A stretch of 37,085 nt of DNA. It comes from a virus (lineage: Duplodnaviria > Caudoviricetes). The notes beneath the pieces were generated by a model. That model was not told where the DNA came from. It saw only the letters and a list, made by a program, of their open reading frames with translations, and did not search any database. The translations under genes were made by a program, and so were the position numbers. The stretch covers positions 1-37,085 of the IMG/VR virus record IMGVR_UViG_3300020201_000056, one strand, 5' to 3'. Positions 1-8,424 of the stretch are shown here, in pieces (positions within the stretch are counted from its first letter, which is position 1; each line of letters starts with the position of its first letter).

Positions 1-131
1 CTAAATACGAAAAAAAGACAAAGGAGTATGAAAAACTTATCAAGGAAAGACTAAAAAACAAAGAAGGTACTTTTGGGGATGCAACAAACGAGGCTGTGCG
101 TGTGTTGGAAACAGAAAGAGACAGTCGTCTT
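1..131. repeat. Terminal direct repeat / circular assembly overlap (copy 1)
   Basis: 1-131 matches 36955-37085 except position 5 (A vs G, synonymous Lys AAA/AAG). Confidence 0.97.
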
Positions 132-1079
132 GCAGACATAGCCATTGATCAGAAAAAAGCCAGAGGAGACTACGAAGGGGCACTTGAGACTGCAAAAATG
201 AAACTAGACGCAGAGTTTGCACCTATAGATAATCAAATCAAAGGACTCACAACACTCTATAGTTTCTTGCAAGATGATTTAACTGAAAGTGAAAAGTTAC
301 AGGCACAGGCGGTTATATCAGACAAAAACGCACTTCGTGATTTTAATTATGCCAAAGAACTGAATATACAACAAGCAGGAATAAAAGCGTCTCAACAGGC
401 GAGTGATAGTGGTATTTACACATCAAAACAACTGACAGCACTTACTAGATTAAATGACGGTATTTCTAAATCACAAGATTATTCAAAGACAGTAGTAATG
501 AAAACCTACGCAGACAATATACAAACAGCCCTAGCAAACAAAAACGGAGTTAGTGATATTTCTGCAATAAATCAGTTTCAAAAGATAATTGATGAGGGTG
601 CAGTTACAAGAGAACAAGACGTTGTACTTATTAGGTCTGCACAGTCTTTACTTGGTGTACTACAAACAAAAATCAAAGGACTTACAAAGGGTGAGAAGTT
701 AAATGAAAACCAGAGAACACAAATGAGTGAAATGGTTAATCAGTTTTACAATAATCAAATAAGGTCTTTACAAACCAGCCCTTACGTTCAAGCAAAAAAC
801 AGAGAGGCAGAACTTTATGGTCTAAATGTTTCTGACACAATACTTGCAGAGCTTACTGGGTTTACAAAGTCTGGTCAGGGGCAAAATCCACAAACATTTC
901 ATGTTGGGAACATAACATACACAGTTGGTGCAGATGGTAAGTATTATCCACCTTCTGGGGAATTACTAAAGAAACCTCCAGTAACACAACCAGCCCAACC
1001 AGCTTTTAGTAGTAGTAAGACAAGTCTTTTTAACTTTAGCGGTTATGACCCAAGTTGGCTTAACTCTTGGTTCAAATAA
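1..1079 (+). CDS. 3' part of putative DNA ejection protein (continues from 36549)
   Basis: ORF 96..1079 is in frame with the wrapped ORF; helical, Q/A/K-rich; synteny. Confidence 0.7.
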   Translation, partial: KYEKKTKEYEKLIKERLKNKEGTFGDATNEAVRVLETERDSRLADIAIDQKKARGDYEGALETAKMKLDAEFAPIDNQIKGLTTLYSFLQDDLTESEKLQAQAVISDKNALRDFNYAKELNIQQAGIKASQQASDSGIYTSKQLTALTRLNDGISKSQDYSKTVVMKTYADNIQTALANKNGVSDISAINQFQKIIDEGAVTREQDVVLIRSAQSLLGVLQTKIKGLTKGEKLNENQRTQMSEMVNQFYNNQIRSLQTSPYVQAKNREAELYGLNVSDTILAELTGFTKSGQGQNPQTFHVGNITYTVGADGKYYPPSGELLKKPPVTQPAQPAFSSSKTSLFNFSGYDPSWLNSWFK

Positions 1080-1080
1080 T

Positions 1081-3330
1081 ATGCAAGGATATACACTAGA
1101 AGAATTACAGAAAATGGGAGGACAGCCAGTTAATACGGGTGGTGGATTTACTCTGCAAGAATTACAGTCAATGCAATCACAGCAAACTACTAAAAAAGAC
1201 GGGTGGTTCAAAACCCTAATAAAAGACCCAATTAAGACATTGCTGGTTCAGCCAGCGGCAAGATTTACAGAAGCTGTTGGTAGAAGTGGTATACTTGGCA
1301 AAACAATCCAAACTGGATTTGAAAGTATGGCAGACGAGTCACAAGTATTTAATACATTTGCAGGTCAATACACGATAGACCCACAGAAAACTGGCATAGA
1401 GGGTGCAAGACAGATAATTGGAGACGTAGCAAAATCAGCATCATATTTATATACTGGGGGTGCAATAGCACCAGCACTCACAACGGGTGGTAGGGTTTCA
1501 CAGGGATTAGCTCAGGGTGCAAAAGTCGGTGCTATCGGTGGAGGTGCTTACTCTTTTGGAGATGCACTTCAAGACGCAGAAGCACAGCCAGCAGATATAG
1601 CGATGAGAACTTTATTCGGAACTGTTACTGGTGGTGTTTTGGGAGGTGTTTTGGGTGCAGGAGTCCCGCTTGTTGTTAAATCTGGTAGTATGGTAAGAAA
1701 GTTTAGTAACATTGAGTCTCTAAACGGAGAATTACAGACGATAAACAACACTGTTTTACGACCAACACCATCACAGTCTAGAGAATGGGCAGAAAAAAAA
1801 ATAAACCCAATCAAAACATACACAGAAATATTTGCAACAGAAGTTCCTAGTGTAGACAAATCAAATAGGTTCACACAAGAAAGTATAGAGGAGTTTGTCG
1901 GTCGTGTTGATGATTTATACAAGCCAGGTTCTTCTGCTTTCAATACAATTTTGAGAAACTCACCAGAGGTCACAAGTCTTTCTGTTGCGGAAATAAATGC
2001 AATAAAAAGGATTAACGGGTCTTCTCTCACATCAACACAGAAAATAAAAGCTCGTGCTGGAATACAAGCAGAGTTTAGTGCGATAAGGGTTGAATACGCA
2101 CCACAGATACTGGGTGGAGATAATATCCCAGTGGCACTCACCGACAACCTAAAAGATATTTCTTGGGGGGCTACAAAGTATTTTGGTGCAGAGGAGGCAA
2201 GTGTTACAAATGAAATAAACAGAACAATCGGTCGTGTTTTTGCAAAACAAATAGACGATGTTATAACAGACACAAGTGTTAATGGATTTAACAAACAGCT
2301 TCAAGAACTTATAAGGTTGAAAGAGTTTTTGGGTGGTCTAAATGGTAAACTAGCAGGAAGTGGTGGAAAAATGACAAGACTATTCTCACGGGTTATCGGT
2401 GGTATGGCTGGCTCTGTTGGTGGTATTCCTGGCACAATAGCTGGTTCTATAACTGGAGATATGATAGCACAAGCACTTATAAACCCAGCAAACTCACCAA
2501 TGAGGTGGTTGATTTTACAGCAAATAAAGAAACTTCCCCAAGCAGAAAGACAAACACTATTAGACCAAGCTAATGTGGTGTTACAAAAAATGTTCCAAAG
2601 GAGGTCAGAGATGTTGCGACTACCAGCTCCGTCTGGTGCTAGTCTAATCAATCAAGGTAGACCAACTAAAGTCCTACCAGCTGGTAGGTTTGAGTCCACA
2701 TCAGCAGACGTGGTTGCACAAAATTATTCCCCGTCTAAGAGTTTGGATACAACCCCAGCGATTGCAACTCCACAGATTACCCAAAATATAAACAATAACA
2801 TATCCCCTACCCTACCACCTAAAGGTTTAAAAGTAAAGGGCGAAATAAAAACTAACTCTGCCAAAGAAGCCATCGCTAAAGGAATGACAGAGGAGCAGTA
2901 TGTGAAGGAGCATGGAACGCCTTTGTATCATGGGACAAATGCAAAGTTTGATAAGTTTGATGTATCTATGTCTGGTGAAGTACAAAACGCAGACTGGGGT
3001 GACGGAATTTACTTTACTGATAATCCCGCACACGCTAAAAACTTTGCAAAAGTAGCTGGAGGCGACATTGTCATGGAAAGATTTGCTCCTAATGTGAAGT
3101 TTGCAGACGGAAGTAAACTCCTAAAGGACAGTAAGTTTATGGATGCTTTAGATGATGGAATGGGGTTTGTTACACCATCAGAATACTTAAAAGCAAAAGG
3201 ATTCGGTGGGGTAAAGTACAAGAATCCTCAAGGATTTACAGAATATGTTGTATACGACCCAAACAAACTCAAAACAACCGCACAACTCCGTGCAGAGTAT
3301 CAGGCGGCGAAGTTAAACAAAAAAAGATAA
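1081..3330 (+). CDS. Large DNA ejection/internal virion protein with C-terminal ADP-ribosyltransferase-like (ART-PolyVal-like) domain
   Basis: Gly/Ala-rich hydrophobic segments typical of ejection proteins; C-terminal LYHGT...FDKF...GDGIYFT...EYVVYDP; ATG 1081 directly after the upstream stop preferred over 1045. Confidence 0.65.
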   Translation: MQGYTLEELQKMGGQPVNTGGGFTLQELQSMQSQQTTKKDGWFKTLIKDPIKTLLVQPAARFTEAVGRSGILGKTIQTGFESMADESQVFNTFAGQYTIDPQKTGIEGARQIIGDVAKSASYLYTGGAIAPALTTGGRVSQGLAQGAKVGAIGGGAYSFGDALQDAEAQPADIAMRTLFGTVTGGVLGGVLGAGVPLVVKSGSMVRKFSNIESLNGELQTINNTVLRPTPSQSREWAEKKINPIKTYTEIFATEVPSVDKSNRFTQESIEEFVGRVDDLYKPGSSAFNTILRNSPEVTSLSVAEINAIKRINGSSLTSTQKIKARAGIQAEFSAIRVEYAPQILGGDNIPVALTDNLKDISWGATKYFGAEEASVTNEINRTIGRVFAKQIDDVITDTSVNGFNKQLQELIRLKEFLGGLNGKLAGSGGKMTRLFSRVIGGMAGSVGGIPGTIAGSITGDMIAQALINPANSPMRWLILQQIKKLPQAERQTLLDQANVVLQKMFQRRSEMLRLPAPSGASLINQGRPTKVLPAGRFESTSADVVAQNYSPSKSLDTTPAIATPQITQNINNNISPTLPPKGLKVKGEIKTNSAKEAIAKGMTEEQYVKEHGTPLYHGTNAKFDKFDVSMSGEVQNADWGDGIYFTDNPAHAKNFAKVAGGDIVMERFAPNVKFADGSKLLKDSKFMDALDDGMGFVTPSEYLKAKGFGGVKYKNPQGFTEYVVYDPNKLKTTAQLRAEYQAAKLNKKR

Positions 3331-3339
3331 ACACACAAT

Positions 3340-4389
3340 ATGGAAAACCTAACACCAAAACAACAAAAGAACATACTCAAAATTGCCAAGTTTCTTGACA
3401 ACAAAGAGTCTGCTTTGGTGGAGTCTTTTATAGAGCTAGACGATAAGTTAGAAATGCTTGATGAAAAGATCGAAACTGTAACTGAAAATCTAAAAAAAAA
3501 GTTAGAAGAAGAATTACTTTACGAAGTTGATGAGCAGAAAATAGCCGACAATGTTCTTTCTAAAATAACCGTTCCTAAAAATGGTGAAGACTATGTTTTG
3601 ACTGAAGACGATAAGCAAGATATCGCTTCAAAAATTGTCGTACCTGTCGTAGTAAAAGAGGTTGAAACTATCGTAGAAAAGGTGGAGGTTATTCGTGAAA
3701 CACCGATCGTTACTGAAAATGTTGTAGAAAAAGCGGTAACAGATACCGCAGATGTTATCATAGAAAAGATAAACAAATCTGAAGGTAAAATAAACGTAGA
3801 AAGAATTGAAGGTAGTTTTGTTTCACAAGAAACTTATACCGACGAGATTAAAACTTTACAAAACAGAACACAGCTACTTGCACAAATAGCGAGTAGTGCC
3901 AGAGACAGGGTTATTCCTTCAGGTGGTGGAACGCCCGGCGGTTCCAATACACAGGTTCAATTTAATGACAGTGGCGTTTTTGGTGGTGACGCAGGTCTTA
4001 CATTCAATAAGACAACTAACATGCTTTCTGCGGGCGGACTTACTGCCACTGGTGGCGCTGTCTTAGAAAAGGTAGTAACACTCACAGACGGGGCTACAGT
4101 AGCCCTAGACGCCTCACTAGGCAACGTATTCAACCTAACCGCAGGTGGAGACAGAACAATCCTCGCACCGACTAATCCCACAGACGGACAGAAAATACGC
4201 ATAAAGATACTGGCCTCTGGTGCAGACAGAACGATCACAATGACCACAGGTGCTAATGCTTTTGTGTTCTCGACATATGTGATGTCGCCGTTGCCGGCTA
4301 TTCTTTCAGGGAAGGTTATGGCTTTGGTGTGTGATTATTCCTCACTTAATTCTCTGTGGACAATTCTCGCAGAAAACACAGGTGTATAA
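3340..4389 (+). CDS. Tail fibre-like virion protein
   Basis: Acidic coiled-coil N-terminus, GGSNTQVQFNDSGVFGGDAGLTFNKTTN fibre-type motif, beta-rich C-terminus. Confidence 0.6.
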   Translation: MENLTPKQQKNILKIAKFLDNKESALVESFIELDDKLEMLDEKIETVTENLKKKLEEELLYEVDEQKIADNVLSKITVPKNGEDYVLTEDDKQDIASKIVVPVVVKEVETIVEKVEVIRETPIVTENVVEKAVTDTADVIIEKINKSEGKINVERIEGSFVSQETYTDEIKTLQNRTQLLAQIASSARDRVIPSGGGTPGGSNTQVQFNDSGVFGGDAGLTFNKTTNMLSAGGLTATGGAVLEKVVTLTDGATVALDASLGNVFNLTAGGDRTILAPTNPTDGQKIRIKILASGADRTITMTTGANAFVFSTYVMSPLPAILSGKVMALVCDYSSLNSLWTILAENTGV

Positions 4390-4498
4390 AGATATAATTT
4401 TAGAAACAATAGATAGCGAAGGTCGCTTTTTTGTAGAAGCACCTAGTAGCCTATGGGATAGAAACGATTTATCACAACCAACACCACCAAAACCATAA
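4382..4498 (+). CDS. Small hypothetical protein (38 aa)
   Basis: GTG 4382 to TAA overlapping the next ATG (TAATG); fills the gap exactly. Confidence 0.4.
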   Translation: MYKDIILETIDSEGRFFVEAPSSLWDRNDLSQPTPPKP

Positions 4499-5034
4499 TG
4501 TCTATATTCACACTAAACAACGCAATAAAGGCCGTATCGGATGTATCATTTTTACCGATAAGTTGGGCAAACCCAACAAATTCTTTATTATCTGATGATG
4601 TTTATTCAAGCACAACGCCCAGAGTCAGTGGAGACCTCACCATTGTAGACGATGAAGTTTATTTACAAACTGACGATTCAGTAACTACTGGTAACAACAA
4701 AGCCGACACAAGCACTGCATGGAGTACAACCGAATCTTATATTTCTTATGGTGACGAGAACGACAAGTGGGGGGTGGCACTTACGCCCGCCATTGTAAAC
4801 ACCATAGAATTTGGTGTGGGCGTTAGTTGTAAAATAAACACACAGCAATCAGCCCGTCTTTACGCCTCTAATTTCCGTTTTAATATTCCTACGAGTGGGG
4901 TAATTCGTGGGATTAAGGTTGAAGTAGAAAAATTAAAGATATATGACTCCATGACTAACGCAACGACTGGCAGGGTGGACCATATAAGAATGACAGTTTA
5001 TTACGGATTTCCACATCTTAATCATTTTGGATAA
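4498..5034 (+). CDS. Putative virion-associated beta-rich protein
   Basis: 178 aa, Ser/Thr-rich, in the tail module. Confidence 0.5.
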   Translation: MSIFTLNNAIKAVSDVSFLPISWANPTNSLLSDDVYSSTTPRVSGDLTIVDDEVYLQTDDSVTTGNNKADTSTAWSTTESYISYGDENDKWGVALTPAIVNTIEFGVGVSCKINTQQSARLYASNFRFNIPTSGVIRGIKVEVEKLKIYDSMTNATTGRVDHIRMTVYYGFPHLNHFG

Positions 5035-5275
5035 TATGAAAAACGAACTTCAGGCACATATAAACGAGGACATACAAAAAGACATCAAGCAACTTTTTAG
5101 CCACACGGATATAGCTAACAAGGAAATGCGTGAAATTAAAAAGGAAATGGGAGATATAAATGTTAATATCGCCAAGATTTTCACAGACGTAAACTGGATA
5201 ATGAAGTTCTTTTGGGTCATCGCCACGTCTGCGCTGGGGGGTCTAATAGCTTCTGTCTTTAATTTAATAAAGTAA
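5027..5275 (+). CDS. Holin/antiholin-like membrane protein (coiled coil plus C-terminal TM helix)
   Basis: FFWVIATSALGGLIASVFNLI TM segment; directly upstream of the amidase. Confidence 0.55.
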   Translation: MDNMKNELQAHINEDIQKDIKQLFSHTDIANKEMREIKKEMGDINVNIAKIFTDVNWIMKFFWVIATSALGGLIASVFNLIK

Positions 5276-5291
5276 TGGTATAATACATACA

Positions 5292-5858
5292 ATGATACAA
5301 CGACCAAGTACAAACTTTAGTAGCAGAGATGGTTTCACCCCAAAGTATATTTGTATTCATATAATGTCAGGTACTATGTCTGGCACAGCATCATGGTTTG
5401 CTAGTCCCATTTCCAGTGTATCTGCTCACTACGGAATAGGTTTGAATGGCGAGGTACATCAATACGTAAAAGACGACAAAAGTGCTTGGTCAAATGGGCG
5501 TGTCAATAATCCGACTGCAAAAATTGTACTAGACAATTTGAATATAAATCAAAACAAAATCAGTCTTTCAATAGAACACGAAGGTCAAGACCTTTCAAAA
5601 GCACCAGAGATACAGCTAAAAACTTCTGCCGAGCTTATAAAAACACTTGCAATGAAGTGGAACATTCCGATAAACAGAGAACACATCATAATGCACAAGG
5701 AGATATATAGTCTAAAGCCAAATTGTCCTAGCCCCGACTCAAGTATACGAGATAGGTTGGTAGATATGGTCAAAGAATTAGCTGAAGATAGTTTGGTTAA
5801 CATTCAAGTTCCAAAGTCAAAACTGGCAAAAGCCGAAGCGTTTCTTTCTAATTTATAA
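5292..5858 (+). CDS. Endolysin, N-acetylmuramoyl-L-alanine amidase (Amidase_2)
   Basis: ICIH, SAHYGIG, SIEHEG, HKEI...CP zinc-amidase motifs. Confidence 0.9.
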   Translation: MIQRPSTNFSSRDGFTPKYICIHIMSGTMSGTASWFASPISSVSAHYGIGLNGEVHQYVKDDKSAWSNGRVNNPTAKIVLDNLNINQNKISLSIEHEGQDLSKAPEIQLKTSAELIKTLAMKWNIPINREHIIMHKEIYSLKPNCPSPDSSIRDRLVDMVKELAEDSLVNIQVPKSKLAKAEAFLSNL

Positions 5859-5938
5859 AGAACTAACACCCCAGCCACCAAGCCCTTACGGCGACAGTGG
5901 TTCGGGCGTCAGTTCTTTCGCAAAAGAGGAGTGCCCAA

Positions 5939-6172
5939 ATGAAAATCGTGGTCGACACTGCCAAGAAGATGAATGTGTCTGTTCGTATCCTGTTTGATAT
6001 GTGGGCATGCTTCGAAACTGGAAAGGGGCGTGGTGAAGCGGAAAGGGCTTACATGGTCTATCGGAATCAGGGAAGGATCGGTGTCTCACTGGAGAACTTC
6101 TGCCTCAATGTGCTTACTGGTCGTGCAGTTGTCCCCTCGCCTTTTAGGGGAAAAAAGGGAGGGAGGAAGTGA
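5939..6172 (+). CDS. Hypothetical protein (77 aa)
   Basis: ATG 5939 preceded by GAGGAG at 5926-5931; visibly higher-GC segment. Confidence 0.55.
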   Translation: MKIVVDTAKKMNVSVRILFDMWACFETGKGRGEAERAYMVYRNQGRIGVSLENFCLNVLTGRAVVPSPFRGKKGGRK

Positions 6173-6363
6173 ACATCTACAACATCATTTTCACTGGTTC
6201 AGAGATTGAGACTATTATTCAGAGGTCAAATCTTTCCGATGAAACGCAGTCACAGCTCTGGGCGATGTTTGAAGACTATGCTCATATCGATAAGCGTTTC
6301 AATACGAATCAAACGCCCAACGAACATGACGCTGGTGACGAACACCCGATCCTCTTTGTGTAA
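6169..6363 (+). CDS. Hypothetical protein (64 aa)
   Basis: GTGA overlap with the upstream stop, preceded by GGAGGGAGG. Confidence 0.5.
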   Translation: MNIYNIIFTGSEIETIIQRSNLSDETQSQLWAMFEDYAHIDKRFNTNQTPNEHDAGDEHPILFV

Positions 6364-6394
6364 CCACTCGCTCTGCTTCGGCTCAGCTTGTCGT

Positions 6395-6425
6395 AACTCC
6401 TCATCAGAAATGGTGGGGGGTTTTT
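6395..6425 (+). terminator. Intrinsic terminator
   Basis: CTCCTCATCA-GAAA-TGGTGGGGG stem followed by a T run. Confidence 0.65.
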
Positions 6426-6436
6426 GTAAGCATCAT

Positions 6437-6470
6437 AAAAAAAAACTACCGATGTGGTAGTCTTTTTTTT
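6437..6470. terminator. Bidirectional intrinsic terminator
   Basis: A-run/ACTACC-GATGT-GGTAGT/T-run between convergent genes. Confidence 0.75.
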
Positions 6471-6473
6471 GTA

Positions 6474-6776
6474 TTATTTAGTGACTTGCAGTAAGAGCAG
6501 GTCTCTGTAGGCAGTAAGAAGTTCGAGGTATATCTCCAAGAGATTCCTATATTCTTTTAGCTCACGATAAGCGCTACCACCACTATTGCTCTTTCTTCCA
6601 CCGCTTCGTGGTGCTTCTGGTTCATCACTTTCAATTGTTGGTTCGTCATTATTTACTACAGGTAGTGTAGTTTCTGTTGTTGATACATTTTCGATTGGTG
6701 TACTCTCTACCGCACTTCCAAACACTAAAGCTGGAAACATTAAACCGATTACGAACATTGTGACTATTTTTTTCAT
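6474..6776 (-). CDS. Secreted/exported protein (moron-like); the only convincing minus-strand gene
   Basis: MKK plus hydrophobic signal peptide, low-complexity linker, Leu-rich C-terminal helix; has its own terminator. Confidence 0.75.
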   Translation of the reverse strand: MKKIVTMFVIGLMFPALVFGSAVESTPIENVSTTETTLPVVNNDEPTIESDEPEAPRSGGRKSNSGGSAYRELKEYRNLLEIYLELLTAYRDLLLLQVTK

Positions 6777-6830
6777 GTTTTATAACTAATTAATAACATT
6801 ACTACCATAGCATAGTTTAGCGAATACACC

Positions 6831-6871
6831 TGTGGATAACTCCTAGCACAAAACCTTTGGTTTGGTATAAT
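6831..6871 (+). promoter_or_regulatory. DnaA box plus extended -10 promoter for the holin/SLT genes
   Basis: TGTGGATAA 6831-6839; TGGTATAAT 6863-6871. Confidence 0.65.
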
Positions 6872-6899
6872 AAATAGATTATAAGTAACACATAAAGAC

Positions 6900-7130
6900 G
6901 TGGATTTATTAACAAATGTAGCGTTGGTTCCTGTAATTATTGGTGTAGTGCAAGCTCTTAGGACAGTAGGACTTGCAACACGGTTTGCACCTATCGTAGC
7001 GATATTATTGGGTATTATGGGGGTGTTGGCTTTTGATGGATTCTCTAGTATGAATATTTTTATCGGGGTAGTAACAGGTCTTTCTGCGGCCGGACTTTAC
7101 AGTTCTACCAAAACAACTTTGCATATATAG
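6900..7130 (+). CDS. Holin-like membrane protein
   Basis: 76 aa, 2-3 TM segments, GLSAAGLYS C-terminal pattern typical of small phage holins. Confidence 0.75.
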   Translation: MDLLTNVALVPVIIGVVQALRTVGLATRFAPIVAILLGIMGVLAFDGFSSMNIFIGVVTGLSAAGLYSSTKTTLHI

Positions 7131-7389
7131 CAATCACTTGCCCCTGTATTCCCTTTTTTATGTTTTGTGGAATATGGGGGATAGTGCGTACTATGAGAGC
7201 TTGGCAGTCCGAGGGACACAGAAATGCACATTGAGTTGTCACTAGTCGTTTCAACAAAATTGAGAATATCAGTTAAACAAATTTAACAACAAATTTATTT
7301 TAGAATTATTATTTGCGCTTATCTTATTTATTCGTGTTGAAGTTTATCAAGTAAAAGCAGAGGAGATAGTAAAAGTAAAACCCACAGAT

Positions 7390-7689
7390 GTGGTCGGGTT
7401 GGTAATTTACTACTCAGAGCAATATGGGATTGATCCGGCTTTGCCGTTGGCTATCGTAAAATGTGAAAGCAACTTTGAAAGGTACGCAAAAAATCCAAAC
7501 TCATCTGCAAAATCTTATTTTCAATTTATCAATGGAACGTGGAAATATACAATGGGGGAAATGGGGCTTGCTACATCAACAGATGTGTTTGACACAGACA
7601 CACATATCATGGCGGGTGTTTGGTTATTAGCTAACGAGGGTGAGCGTCACTGGAGTGAATCAAAGGCGTGTTGGAGTAAATCAGTCTAA
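7390..7689 (+). CDS. Lytic transglycosylase (SLT/lysozyme-like); true start probably further upstream
   Basis: AIVKCESNF catalytic Glu motif, SSAKSYFQFINGTW, C-terminal HWSESKACW; frame open from 7264. Confidence 0.85.
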   Translation: MVGLVIYYSEQYGIDPALPLAIVKCESNFERYAKNPNSSAKSYFQFINGTWKYTMGEMGLATSTDVFDTDTHIMAGVWLLANEGERHWSESKACWSKSV

Positions 7690-7702
7690 CCTTATCCTAT
7701 TG

Positions 7703-7737
7703 AAACTATCACCGCCCAGCAAGGGTGGTTTTAGTTT
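7703..7737 (+). terminator. Intrinsic terminator after the SLT gene
   Basis: ACCGCCC-AGCAA-GGGTGGT plus TTT, extended by AAACTA/TAGTTT. Confidence 0.65.
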
Positions 7738-7745
7738 GTAAAAAG

Positions 7746-7800
7746 CTATCCACATATTTACGCATTTAAGACTTGGAAGATTATTTGTGTGTGGTAAGAT
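7746..7800 (+). promoter_or_regulatory. DnaA-box-like site plus sigma70 promoter
   Basis: CTATCCACA 7746-7754; TTGGAA 7773-7778, 16 nt, TGG-TAAGAT ending 7800. Confidence 0.55.
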
Positions 7801-7805
7801 ATTGG

Positions 7806-8190
7806 TATGCCTAAAGAAAATACAATCATTTGTAAAAGTGGAAATTATAACAGAACTATGTTATGCTTTAATTCCTCTTTAGGCATAAAGACAGAACGGC
7901 CACAGCTATTTATTTAGTTGTGGTTTTTCTGTTGTGCGACAACATCAGCAAACGAGCTATAAGCACATCTCGGAAAAAACTTGGGCTTAATAAAAAATAA
8001 CAATTTGCGTGTTCCTCAAAAGACTTGGCGATGTCCACACTCTGACAACCAAGCCCTTAGGGGAGGACACAAAATGGTAGGACATCCTAGAGAAGAATTA
8101 CTCAGATACGGGAAGGACTAGGGAACTAACTACTGACGCCTGATTTCATATAACTAGCCATAATTTCCACAGGATAGTTCCTAAGGAATA
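7806..8190 (+). ncRNA. Putative structured RNA / attenuated leader
   Basis: No long ORF; nested inverted repeats (7806-7817/7876-7887, 7900-7908/7915-7923 plus T5, CTTGG/CCAAG, GGAACTA/TAGTTCC). Confidence 0.45.
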
Positions 8191-8199
8191 AAGAGACCT

Positions 8200-8424
8200 A
8201 TGCTTGATATAAAACAAATACTAGGAGAAGAATACTTAAAGAGATTTAAGATATTTTACGAGCAAACATTATTTCCACCAATTTGGGAGAATATAAGAGT
8301 CGGTAGATGCCCACTTTGTAGTAATAAGTTAAAGATAGACTTAAAAGGAAATGGATATTGCCCGAGTAACAAACACGGAAAGTCTTTTTTTATAACAAGA
8401 GATAAACTAAATAAAATAAAATGA
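8200..8424 (+). CDS. Small zinc-ribbon protein
   Basis: CPLC...CPSNKH motif, 74 aa. Confidence 0.7.
   Translation: MLDIKQILGEEYLKRFKIFYEQTLFPPIWENIRVGRCPLCSNKLKIDLKGNGYCPSNKHGKSFFITRDKLNKIK

Noticed and set aside
1-131. Biological terminal repeat of the virion DNA
   Set aside because: It falls mid-gene and its length is typical of an assembler overlap; circular permutation is the simpler reading.
1569-2651. Long minus-strand ORFs (241 aa, 116 aa) and similar antisense ORFs elsewhere
   Set aside because: They shadow well-supported plus-strand genes and have no motifs or expression signals.
5508-5535. Fourth late-promoter box (AATCCGACTG)
   Set aside because: Two mismatches, lies inside the amidase gene, and has no correctly spaced TGn-TAnnAT.
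6206-6460. 84-aa plus-strand ORF overlapping 6169..6363
   Set aside because: It runs through two terminator hairpins and lacks the SD site and coupling seen for the 6169 frame.
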